The position numbers and the translations under genes are program-made. DNA of 64,000 nt from positions 32,001-96,000 of the forward strand of contig JBDRCO010000068.1 in NCBI GenBank assembly GCA_043821645.1. The letters are read 5' to 3'. The notes beneath the pieces were generated by a model. That model had not been told where the DNA came from. It was given only the letters and a program-made list of their open reading frames with translations, and did no database searches. This stretch comes from Pseudomonadota bacterium. Its GTDB lineage: Bacteria; Myxococcota; JACRCW01; JAFGSX01. Below, one piece after another: positions 1 to 10,100 of this stretch (positions are counted from its first letter, which is position 1; each line of letters opens with the position of its first letter).

Positions 1-1296
1 CTCGCTGGTGCGCAGGGTCTCGGTCGTGTGCAGCACCAGGTCGTAGTAGCGGTCGGGGGCCACGTGCACCCGGAGCAGGGCGGGCGAGCAATAGGGATGC
101 AGGTCGATCAACTCCAGCGCCCAGTCCTCGTCGACGATGGTGTTCTGGATGCGCCCGGGCAGCAGGGACCGCGCGTCCAGATTGTGGGCAAAGCACGCGT
201 CCTCGACCACGCCCAGGGTGCGCTCGGTACTGTCCTGGGCCAGGTTGTCGAGTTCTGTCCCACCGATCTCGTGGTCGGTGCGGACAAAGCGCCAGGGCGT
301 GGTGGCGTCGGGATCCTCGACCACGTCGTGCATGTCCTTCTCGTAGTAGCCGCGATGTCCGTCGGCATCCCAGCCCTCGACGCGCATGGCGGCGTGAAGG
401 CTGCCCGTGCCCAGCTTGTGCAGGCTGATGCGGTCGGTGATGCGGCCCGGGACCTTGGGTTGCTGGAACCAGGGCCAGGAGGGGAGCTGGAACCGGCGCA
501 GCGTGTCGTCGAGGAGACCGCTCTGATCGCCGTAGGTGTAGTCGAAATAGTCCTCGAAGGGATTGTTGGCGCCGGAGACATCGTAGTCGAAGACCCGGGT
601 GTAGATATCACCGCGGTGATTGATGAGCATGTGCCGGGACCCGCTGGATGCCAGGTTGACCGCCACGAAACGGCCGCGGCGGGGGCCGCACATCTCGTAG
701 TTCCAGTCCGCGGGGAGCCAGCCGTCATTGAAGCCTATCCACTGTCCACCCGCCTTGAGCAGGAACACGTGGGTGCAGCTGGCCCATCCCACCTTGCGCA
801 GCCAGCCCGAGGCATCCGTGTAGTGCTGATCCAGCTCGGCACTGGTCGAGGACAGCGCCCAGCGAATGTGTCCAGACTCCAGGATGTTGGGGGAACCAAT
901 GGACATCGGAAAGCCGCGACGCGGGCTCCAGGAGAAATGCTCGAGGGTGTCGAGAGCGTAGTAGTTCATCCACAGCTCGCCGCGAGCGTCGGCCGCGTGC
1001 ATGAAGCGGTCGTCGATGTCGAGCCCGCTGACCTGGTCGGCGAGCTCCGGGGGCAGCCAGAGTTTCTGCCAGGCTTGGGGATCGCGCGAGAAGTCGGTGA
1101 TGGGCTTGATGTAAATGCCGCCCTTGCACAGCCAGATCTGGTAGCGCTGATTGAAACTCGCCAGGTTGTCGCGCAGGTGGATACGGGCTGGAGCGTGCAG
1201 CAGGCATTCCGGATCTGGAGGAACTGTGGCGCTGGCGCAGCCCAGGAACAGGCCTGCCAGACAACACGCCCCCTTCACTCCCCTCGTCGTCGACAT
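1..1296 (-). CDS. Putative lipoprotein, uncharacterised (runs off the left edge)
   Basis: Absent from the ORF track because it has no stop in the window. ATG at 1296 follows GGGAG. It reads MSTTRGVKGACCLAGLFLGC (lipobox-like LFLGC)...WLPADWNYEMCGPRRGRFVAVNLASSG...APDRYYDLVLHTTETLRTSE to base 1. The 28..1617 + ORF is its in-register antisense shadow. Confidence 0.8.
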   Translation of the reverse strand, partial: MSTTRGVKGACCLAGLFLGCASATVPPDPECLLHAPARIHLRDNLASFNQRYQIWLCKGGIYIKPITDFSRDPQAWQKLWLPPELADQVSGLDIDDRFMHAADARGELWMNYYALDTLEHFSWSPRRGFPMSIGSPNILESGHIRWALSSTSAELDQHYTDASGWLRKVGWASCTHVFLLKAGGQWIGFNDGWLPADWNYEMCGPRRGRFVAVNLASSGSRHMLINHRGDIYTRVFDYDVSGANNPFEDYFDYTYGDQSGLLDDTLRRFQLPSWPWFQQPKVPGRITDRISLHKLGTGSLHAAMRVEGWDADGHRGYYEKDMHDVVEDPDATTPWRFVRTDHEIGGTELDNLAQDSTERTLGVVEDACFAHNLDARSLLPGRIQNTIVDEDWALELIDLHPYCSPALLRVHVAPDRYYDLVLHTTETLRTSE

Positions 1297-1504
1297 ATCG
1301 CTGCTCCCAAGATGTTGCCTCGAGGGTGCAACACCAGCGCTGCCTGCTGTTGTCCACTCTGTCAGCGCCGTCACACTTTCGAAGCTGCGGGATGTGTGAA
1401 AGGTGAAGGTGAAGCCCCGGCGGCTCGCCTGACACCATGTGGCGCGGCCATGCGGAGGCGGACGCCCGGGCTCCATCGCCACCGTGTCGCCACCACGGCG
1501 CTAG

Positions 1505-1565
1505 AAAAAAAACGAAGGGCGTGGAACATCCGGTGGGGGGAGCACCGGGATGAACCACGCCCTTC
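1505..1565 (-). terminator. Rho-independent terminator
   Basis: GAAGGGCGTGG (1514-1524) pairs with CCACGCCCTTC (1555-1565), with an inner stem. A run of 8 U follows on the minus strand (A8 at 1505-1512). Confidence 0.85.
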
Positions 1566-1635
1566 AAAGGGAAGAAAAAGCAGGGCCTGGATCGTCGGAC
1601 CGGGGGGGGAATCCTAGGAACCGTCACCCTGCTGA
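1505..1635 (-). ncRNA. Candidate sigma54-dependent small RNA with two C-rich loops (Pxr-like architecture)
   Basis: Lies between a sigma54 promoter (1647-1662) and a terminator. It has two stem-loops with loops CCCCCCCC and CUCCCCC, and no credible ORF. Confidence 0.65.
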
Positions 1636-1646
1636 GTTCTTGTATT

Positions 1647-1662
1647 AGCGAGTACCGTGCCA
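1647..1662 (-). promoter_or_regulatory. sigma54 (-24/-12) promoter
   Basis: Minus strand TGGCACGGTACTCGCT versus consensus TGGCACG-N4-TTGCW, with exact GG-N10-GC spacing. Confidence 0.75.
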
Positions 1663-1965
1663 GCGTGCGGAGGCCACTCCCTGGTCCGGGTTCATTGGTT
1701 TTTTTTGCTTGGTCCGTGGAGAGCCGAAAGCGGCAAGCGGCAAGCGCTCTACAAGAACCGACGACGCGAAAAATACGTTAATTATAATAATATGTTAGAT
1801 GATGGCGAAAGAACCACATCGAGTACCATCAATAGCCGCACACGGAGGGTGGCTCTATCTATCGCGTCCTGGGCGCTGGGAGTTGGCGTCGGCGGCCTGC
1901 ACTCGCTATGAATGCACCACAGCACGTTGACTGGGCACACATGAACCCGGGGGCGAGCGAGGCCC

Positions 1966-3753
1966 ATGACGGTCGAGATTGCGGCGATCACTGGCATCCT
2001 TTTGGCCACCGTGGTGCTGCTCGCCAGCGAGCGGATCCCCGTGGACGTCACCGCTCTCGGCATCATGGTTGTGCTCATGGCAAGCGGGCTGCTCTCTCCA
2101 GGTGAGGCGCTCGCAGGGCTTGCCAACCCCGCGCCGGTGACCGTTGCCGCGCTGTTCGTGGTGAGCCGGGGGCTGGTCGAGACCGGTGCCCTGCAGGTCC
2201 TGAGCGACAGGCTGGTGATCTGGAGTGGCGGGCGCCAGGGGCGATTGCTGGTTCTGGTCCTGGTCACCACAGGCACGTTGTCGGCCTTCGTCAACAACAC
2301 TCCGGTGGTGGTGCTGCTGATCCCCTTGCTGCTCACGGTGAGCCACCGCAACGGGCTCAGTCCGTCGAAGCTGCTCATGCCCGCCTCGTTCATGTCCATC
2401 CTGGCTGGCACCACGACCCTCATCGGTACCTCGACCAACATCGTGGTCAGCGACACGGCCATGCAACTCGGCATCGCCCCGCTGGGGATGTTCGAGCTGA
2501 CGGCGCTGGGCCTGCCCCTCGCTGTCGTGGGAGGGCTCTACCTGTATCTGGCGTCACCAAGGCTGCTGCCCGCCCACCGGGAACCCGTGGTGGACCTCGA
2601 TGACCCCGAGCGGCAGCGCTATATCTCCGAGCTGAAGATCCCGCGAGACAGCCCCCTCATCGGTGCCAGCCCCATCGACGCCCTGTGTCAGCGCTGTCCT
2701 GACATGACGGTCTACGAGGTCCTGCGCGACACGCAGGTCATCGAACCTGCCCGGGAAGGTGTGCGCTTGCAGGCGGGTGACGTGGTCCTGGTCACGGCCT
2801 CCGCTGGCGATCTGGTGCAGATCCTCGACGGCAGACTGGCCGCCCTGCCCAAGGGCGAGAACGGAACCTTCGCTGCTCCCTTTGAAGAAAGTGCGGGCAT
2901 CGTCGAGCTCATCGTGCCGCCGAACTCGGATCTGGTGGGGCGGCGCCTTGCCAACGTGGCGCTGGGAGTGGACAGCCATGTGCACGTGATCGGCGTCAAG
3001 CGGCGTCGCACGCACTATGCGGAGCAGCGAGCCAGCGACTTGCGGCTGTCGGTCGGTGACATCCTGCTGGTTCAGGCCCCGCTCGATCACATCGATCAGA
3101 TCCGCAAGGGGGCGGACGTGATCGTGGTCGAGGATGTCCGTCAGAAGATCCACAATCGCCGCAAGGCGCCGCTGGCACTGAGTCTGTTCGGGCTGATGAT
3201 CGCGGCAGCCAGCCTGGGTCTGGTCGACATCCTGGTGGCTTCGCTAGCCGCGGCCCTGCTCATGCTGCTCACGGGCTGCCTCAGCCGCCGCGCGGCCTAC
3301 CAGTCTGTGGATACCCGGACCTTGCTGCTCATCGTGGGCACTCTCGCCCTGGGCCTTGCGCTCTCCCGCACCGGCGCTGCCGCCTTCTACGCGGATCTCC
3401 TGCTCACCTTCACCCGCGACCTCGGGCCGAGGGCGGTGCTGGGTTCGGTCGTCGTTGGCACCAGTGTGCTCAGCCTCTTCCTGAGCAACACCGCGACGGC
3501 CGTGCTCATCGTCCCGGTGGCCGTGGCCCTGGCGCAGGGCATGAACCTGGACCCGCGACCTTTCGTGGTGGCCGTGGTGTTTGGCGCATCGGCATGTTTC
3601 GCCTCGCCCCTGGGCTATCAGACCAACCTGCTGGTGTACGGTCCCGGGGGCTACAGCTTCCGCGACTACGTGCGCCTGGGTGTACCGCTGCATGGCATGG
3701 TCTGGGTGGTCGCCACGGTGGCCATCCCCTGGCTGTGGCCGTTCTCGGGTTGA
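1966..3753 (+). CDS. SLC13/CitT-family permease with two TrkA-C (RCK_C) domains
   Basis: Hydrophobic N- and C-terminal halves, SAFVNNTPVV, GTTTLIGTSTN, SPLGYQTNLLVYGPGGY and central TrkA-C repeats. Confidence 0.93.
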   Translation: MTVEIAAITGILLATVVLLASERIPVDVTALGIMVVLMASGLLSPGEALAGLANPAPVTVAALFVVSRGLVETGALQVLSDRLVIWSGGRQGRLLVLVLVTTGTLSAFVNNTPVVVLLIPLLLTVSHRNGLSPSKLLMPASFMSILAGTTTLIGTSTNIVVSDTAMQLGIAPLGMFELTALGLPLAVVGGLYLYLASPRLLPAHREPVVDLDDPERQRYISELKIPRDSPLIGASPIDALCQRCPDMTVYEVLRDTQVIEPAREGVRLQAGDVVLVTASAGDLVQILDGRLAALPKGENGTFAAPFEESAGIVELIVPPNSDLVGRRLANVALGVDSHVHVIGVKRRRTHYAEQRASDLRLSVGDILLVQAPLDHIDQIRKGADVIVVEDVRQKIHNRRKAPLALSLFGLMIAAASLGLVDILVASLAAALLMLLTGCLSRRAAYQSVDTRTLLLIVGTLALGLALSRTGAAAFYADLLLTFTRDLGPRAVLGSVVVGTSVLSLFLSNTATAVLIVPVAVALAQGMNLDPRPFVVAVVFGASACFASPLGYQTNLLVYGPGGYSFRDYVRLGVPLHGMVWVVATVAIPWLWPFSG

Positions 3754-3791
3754 AGCCCCCAGGGGACAGAAACCGAACGGAGAAGACGCTC

Positions 3792-4115
3792 GTGACGACG
3801 ACAAAGCCCCCGGAGCCTGCGGAGCGTTCCCGGACCTTGCGTCAGAGCATCCTCGATGAACTGCTCCGCGGACCGGTGACGGCACGGGAGCTGTCCTCGC
3901 TGGTCGGGCTGCGCGAGCGGGACATCATCCCGCACCTCGAGCACCTGGAGCGTTCCCTGCGGCGAGGTCCGCGCCAGCTCGTGATCGAGCCTGCCGAGTG
4001 CAAGGCCTGTGGCTATCTCTTCGAGGACAGGCGGCGCCTGGGCAAGCCCAGTGCCTGCCCACGCTGTCGCGAGCAGCGCATCGATCCCGCCAGCTTTCAC
4101 GTCGTGGGACCGTGA
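3792..4115 (+). CDS. HTH plus Zn-ribbon transcriptional regulator (COG3357-like)
   Basis: HTH (TARELSSLVGLRERDIIPHLEHL) followed by CKACG...PSACPRC. GTG start inferred. Confidence 0.85.
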   Translation: MTTTKPPEPAERSRTLRQSILDELLRGPVTARELSSLVGLRERDIIPHLEHLERSLRRGPRQLVIEPAECKACGYLFEDRRRLGKPSACPRCREQRIDPASFHVVGP

Positions 4116-7100
4116 TCAGGTGCGGCGCGGTCGGCGGCGAAGGGCATACAGCATGCCGAGTGCCAGCAGCAGGGCAGAGCTGGCACGAACACCGGAGGAC
4201 CCACAGGAACACCCTCCACCCGTGATGGTCACGTCCGAGTACGGCTCATCGTCACAGGCATCACCCATACCGTCACCGTCGCTGTCCAGTTGATCCCGGT
4301 TGGCGACCCCCGGGCAGTTGTCGAGGCTGCTGTACACACCGTCTCCATCGGGGTCCACCACGGCTAGCTCGACGCAGTCCGAGGGCTCGTCCGTGCAGAC
4401 GAATCCTGGCTCGATCTGGCAGGTGGCATCGCAGCCGTCGCCGGCCGAACGATCGCCATCGTCGCACTGCTCCCCGGCATCGATGGCCAGGTTGCCGCAC
4501 AGGGGCGTGCAGACCGAAGGCTCGCCCGCACAGGAATAGCTCGTCTCGACCTGGCAGGTGGCATTGCAGCCGTCACCGACGACCAGGTTGCCGTCATCGC
4601 AAGTCTCACCCGCGTCGAGGCTGCCGTCACCGCAGGTGAGAGCACAGACCGAGGGTTCACCCGAACAAGCGTAGCCGCTCTCGACCTGGCAGGTGGCATT
4701 GCAGCCGTCACCGACGACCAGGTTGCCGTCGTCGCAAGTCTCACCCGCGTCGAGGCTGCCGTCGCTGCAGGTCAGGGCGCACACCGAGGGCTCGCCGATG
4801 CAGGCGTAGCCCGGCTCCACCTGGCACAGGTTGTTGCAGCCGTCGCCGACAATGAGGCCGCCATCATCGCAGGCCTCGCCCGCATCGAGCGCTGCATTGC
4901 CACACAGCAGGCTGCAGGTCGAGGGCGTGCCGCTGCACACCCAGCCCGGCTCCACCTCGCAGCGATCGCTGCACCCGTCGCCGTCCCGGGCATTGCCATC
5001 GTCGCAGGCTTCGCCATCCACCACGTCGCTGTCGCCGCACACCGGGGCGCAGGTCGACGGCGTCCCGGCGCAGACGAAGCCGGGCTCGATCTGGCAGATC
5101 ACCGAGCATCCATCGTCGGCGGTCTGGTTTCCGTCGTCGCAGGCCTCACCAGCGTCCAGAGTGCCATCGCCGCAGGTCGTGGCGCAGGTGCTGGGCTGGC
5201 CCGTGCAGACCGAGCCAGGCTCGACCTGGCACAAGTCGCTGCAGCCGTCCCCGGCGACAGTGCCACCGTCGTCACAGCCTTCACTGGCCGTGATCACGCC
5301 ATCGCCACACTGCTGGGTGCAGGCGCTGGGCGAACCGGCGCAGTTCCACCCCGGTTCCACCTGGCAGGTGCTACTGCAGCCGTCTCCGGCCCGGGTGTCC
5401 CCGTCGTCACAGACCTCGCCAGCGTCGATCGCGCCGTTGCCGCAGCTCGGCGCGCAGGCGCTCGGTGAGCCGCTGCAGGCCCAGCCCGGCTCGACCTGAC
5501 AGGTGGCATCACAGCCGTCCCCGGTTGCCAGGCCGGCGTCGTCACAGGCCTCGCCAGCGTCGAGCGCGCCATTGCCGCAGCTGGCCACGCACAGCGAGGG
5601 CTCACCGCTGCACTGGTATCCAGGTTCGACCGCGCAGGCGGCGTTGCAGCCGTCGTTGCCCGCGAGGTTGCCATCGTCGCAGCCCTCGCCAGCCTGCAAC
5701 AGGCCATCCCCGCACGAGCGCAGACAGGTGCTGGGAGTCCCCGAGCAGGTCCAGCCTGGCTCGACCTGGCAGGTCTCCGAGCAGCCGTCTCCCGAGGTGC
5801 TGCCGCCGTCGTCGCAGGCCTCGCCACTGTCCAGGGTGCTGTCGCCGCAGGTCTGGGAGCAGACGCTGGGTGCGCCCAGGCACACATATCCAGGTTCGAC
5901 CTGGCACAGGTCATCGCAGCCGTCGCCCGCATCGAGGTCGCCGTCATCGCAGGCCTCGCCCAGGTTCAGGACACCATTGCCGCAGGCCGGTTCGCACAGG
6001 CTCGGGGAACCGTGGCAGGAGTAGCCGGTCTCGACCTGGCAGGATGCGTCGCAGCCGTCGCCGGTCAGGGTGTTGGCATCGTCACAGGTCTCGGCCCCCG
6101 TCCTCAGGCCATCGCCGCAGCTGGCGGCGGTGCATACGGAGGGCGTACCTGTGCATTGCCATCCTGGGTCCACCTGGCAGGCACTACAGCCATCGTCCGG
6201 CAGTCCGTTGCCATCGTCACAGGCCTCGACACCGGCCACGATGCTGTCGCCGCAGCTGGTGCCACAGCGCGAGGGCTCGGCCGAGCAAACCCAGCCGGAC
6301 TCGACCTGACACAGGGCGGAGCAACCGTCTCCGTCCGCGACTGCGCCGTCGTCGCAGCCCTCGCTGGAGGCCACCAGACCATCACCACAGCTTGAGCTGC
6401 AGGCCGAGGGCGTTCCCGTACAGACGAAGCCGTGCTCCACCAGGCAGGCCGCGTCGCAGCCGTCACCTGCCGCCGAGTTGCCATCGTCACAGGCCTCGCT
6501 CATGGTCAGGATCGCGTCGCCGCAGACCGGGACGCAGGTCGACGGGGCGCCCACGCAGAAATAGCCAGGTTCCCGCTGGCAGACAGCGCTGCAGCCGTCA
6601 CTGCTCGCCGCGTTGCCGTCGTCGCATTGCTCGCCGGCATCGAGAGCCCCGTTGCCGCAGGTGGCCACGCACACGCTGGGCGACACGCTGTTGTCACACA
6701 CGTAGCCCGGCATGACCTGGCACAGGTCGCTGCAGCCGTCGCTGACCCCTGTCACGCCGTCGTCGCAGGCCTCGTCAAAACCGACCACGCCGTCCCCGCA
6801 GGTCGTAACGCAGAAGCTGGGCTCCCCGCTGCACGACGCACCGGTTTCCTCCTGGCAGGTCGGTGAGCAGCCATCGCCGGCCTGCAGGTTCTGATCGTCA
6901 CAAGCCTCACCCGCGTCGAGCTGGCCATTGCCGCAGCTCGCGGTACAGGTACTGGGCAGGGAAGAGCTGTCGCACACGTAGCCAGGCTCGACCTGGCAGC
7001 TCGCATCGCAACCGTCCCCTGGGGCAAAGTTCCCGTCGTCACAGCCTTCTCCCGCATCGAGGCTGCTGTTGCCGCAGGTCTGGGCGCACAGCGAGGGCTG

Positions 7101-10100
7101 GCCGCTGCAGACCCAGCCCGGCTCGACCTGGCACAGGGCACTGCAACCGTCCAGGTGGGCGCGGTTGCCGTCATCACAACCTTCTCCAGGATCGATGGCG
7201 GCGTCACCACAATGCTGCGGCGTACAGGACGGGCCGCTGTTGCCTGGGACGCACTGGTCGCAGTACGGACCGTAGAATCCGGGCTGGCAGGAGCAGGTGC
7301 TGGGCGTCCCGGCCGGCAGCGTGCAGGTCCATCCGGGCTCAACCTGGCACGTGGACGAGCACCCATCTCCGCTGATCGCGGCGCCGTCGTCACAGGCCTC
7401 ACCGGGGTCCAGGCCGCCGTTGCCACACACCAGCAGGCACACGCTGGGCACACCGCTGCAGCTGTAACCTGGTTCGACACGGCAGGTGTCGGAGCATCCA
7501 TCCAAGTTATCCAGGTCGCCGTCGTCGCAGGCCTCACCGGGGTTGAAGACCCCGTTGCCACAGACCGGGAAGCACGCGCTAGGCTCGCCGCTGCAGCTGT
7601 AGCCCGGCTCCACCCGGCACAGGTCAGAACAACCGTCGCCAGCACTGGTTCCGGCGTCGTCGCAGGTCTCGCTCCCTGCCAGCACGCCGTCGCCGCAGGT
7701 CGTGGTGCAGGTGCTGGTCGGCGTGCCACTGCACGTGAAGCCTCGCTCGACACTGCAACGCGAGTCGCAGCCATCCCGGTTGGCGACGTTGCCGTCGTCG
7801 CAGGCCTCGCCGTCCGCGACGATGGCGTCCCCGCACAGGGGCTGGCAGTCCGAGGGCGCCCCAAGGCACACGAAGCCGGGTTCCACAGTGCACGTATTCG
7901 TGCACCCATCCCCCATGGTCAGGTTGCCGTCGTCACACGCTTCGCCCGCATCGAGGGCGCCATTGCTGCACGTCGCCGCGCAGGACCCGGGTCCGGTGCC
8001 CACGCAGACGTACCCAGGTTCGACCTGGCAGCTCGCCGAGCAGCCATCGCTGGCCACGGCGTTTCCGTCGTCGCAGGTCTCCCCGTTTGCCTTCAAGCTG
8101 TCTCCACACACAGCGGCACAGATAGAGGGCGGGCTGCTGCTGTCGCAGGTGGAGCCCGACTCGACCTGGCAAGACGCCGAGCAGCCGTCGAGGGGGTCGA
8201 TGTTGCCGTCGTCACAGATCTCGCCGCTGTCCAGGATTCCGTCGCCGCAGGTCTGGGTACAGGCGCTGGGGGTCACGGAGGTGTTGCACACCCAGCCTGG
8301 TTCCACCGCGCAGGTCGCGGAGCAGCCGTCGCCAGCGACCAGGTTCTGATCGTCGCAGGCCTCACCGGTGTCCAGGGTCCCGTCTCCGCAGGTCGCCGCG
8401 CAGACGCTGGGCTGCACCACGGTATCGCACACGTAGCCGGGCTCGACCTGGCACAGAGCGGAGCAGCCGTCGCCGGAGCTCAGGTTGCCGTCGTCACAGG
8501 TCTCGCCACTGTCCGTGGTGCCGTCGCCGCAGCTCTCGAGCGCGCAGCTGGGGCCGTCGTATCCAGTGGCACACTGGTCGCACAGGGCCCCGGTGAAGGG
8601 CGGTAAGCAGGTGCATGTGCCAGGGCCTGCACCGACGCAGACCCAGCGGTCCTCGACCTGGCAACTCGGACTGCATCCGTCACCTGCCAGGAGGTTCTGG
8701 TCGTCGCAGGCCTCACCAGGGTCCAGAGCGCCATCGCCGCAGGTCAGGGAACAGTCCGAGGGCGTGCCAGTGCAGCCATATCCAGGCTCGACACGGCAGA
8801 TGTCGCTGCAGCCGTCGCCATTGACGCCATTCTGGTCGTCACACTGCTCCCCTGGATTGAGCACGCCGTTGCCACAGACCGGGTCGCAGACCGAGGGCTG
8901 ACCCGTGCATGCGTACCCAGGTTCGATGGCACAGGTAGCCGAGCAACCGTCGCCGGCTGCGGTCGCTCCATCGTCGCACTGCTCCGCACCGCTCACGGAA
9001 CCGTCCCCGCAAACCGTGACACAGACCGAGGGGTCTCCCGAACAGCTCCAGCCCGACTCCAGGGTGCAGGCTGGGCTGCAGCCGTCGCCCAGGCTGGCGT
9101 TGCCGTCGTCGCAGGCTTCGCCGAGGTCGACGGTGCCGTTGCCGCAGGTGAAGACGCAGGTGCTGGTCGGCAAACCCGTGCACACCCAGCCTGGCTCAAC
9201 GGTGCAGGCGACCGAGCAGCCATCACCCGAGGTATCGTTGCCGTCGTCACAGGCCTCGGCGCCGGCGACGATGCCGTCGCCACAGTGCTCTGCCACGCAG
9301 ACCGAAGGCGATCCCGTGCATAGCCAGCCCGGCTCCTCCGCGCACAGCGCACTGCAACCGTCGCCGTCCGTATTTGCCCCGTCGTCACAGGTCTCGTTGC
9401 TCTGGACCACGCTGTCGCCACAGGAGCCGGTCACCGCGCTGCAGTCGCCCGCACAGTAGTCACCATCCACGGTGTTGCTGTCGTCGCAGGCCTCGGTCTC
9501 GGCGCAGGTCGCACCGTCACCGCAGGACGAGCCCGCGCCTGCGCCGGAGCAGGTGGCGTTGCAGGAGCCACACGCGTCGGCAAAGCCGTCGTCGCAGCTC
9601 TCGATCTCGGGGCACACCACGGAGTCACCGCAGGTCGAGCCGGAGCCCGCACCTGTGCAGGTGGCGTTGCAGGTGCCGCAGGCGTCGGCGAAACCATCGT
9701 CACAACTTTCGGTCTCGGGGCACAGGACGCTGTCCCCGCAAGTGGAACCCGTCCCTGCGCCGGAGCAGGTGGCGTTGCAGGTGCCACAGGCGTCCGCGTA
9801 GCCGTCGTCGCAGGTCTCGGTCTCGAGGCAGGTGGCGCCATCACCACAAACCGAACCCGAACCCGAGCCCGAGCACGTCGCGTTGCAGCTACCGCAGGCA
9901 TCCGTGAAGCCGTCGTCACAGGACTCGGTCTGGGGACAGGTCGCGCCGTCTCCGCAGGTCGAGCCCGTGCCGGCGCCGGTGCAGGTCGCGTTGCAGGTCC
10001 CGCACGCATCCGTGTAGCCATCGTCGCAGAACTCGGAGCCCTCGGTGACGCCATCACCGCAGACGGGCAGGGTCACGGTCCAGGTGTAGGTTGCCGGGGT

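Noticed and set aside
28-1617. 529-aa plus-strand ORF, and similar long ORFs opposite real genes (e.g. 34608-36857 -, 46659-48470 -, 62207-63988 -)
   Set aside because: In-register antisense shadows of real genes in high-GC DNA; no recognisable motifs.
4545-4764. Near-identical repeat pair as a DGR TR/VR or CRISPR
   Set aside because: It is an in-frame coding tandem duplication; there is no reverse transcriptase, no adenine-specific divergence pattern, no spacers and no cas genes.
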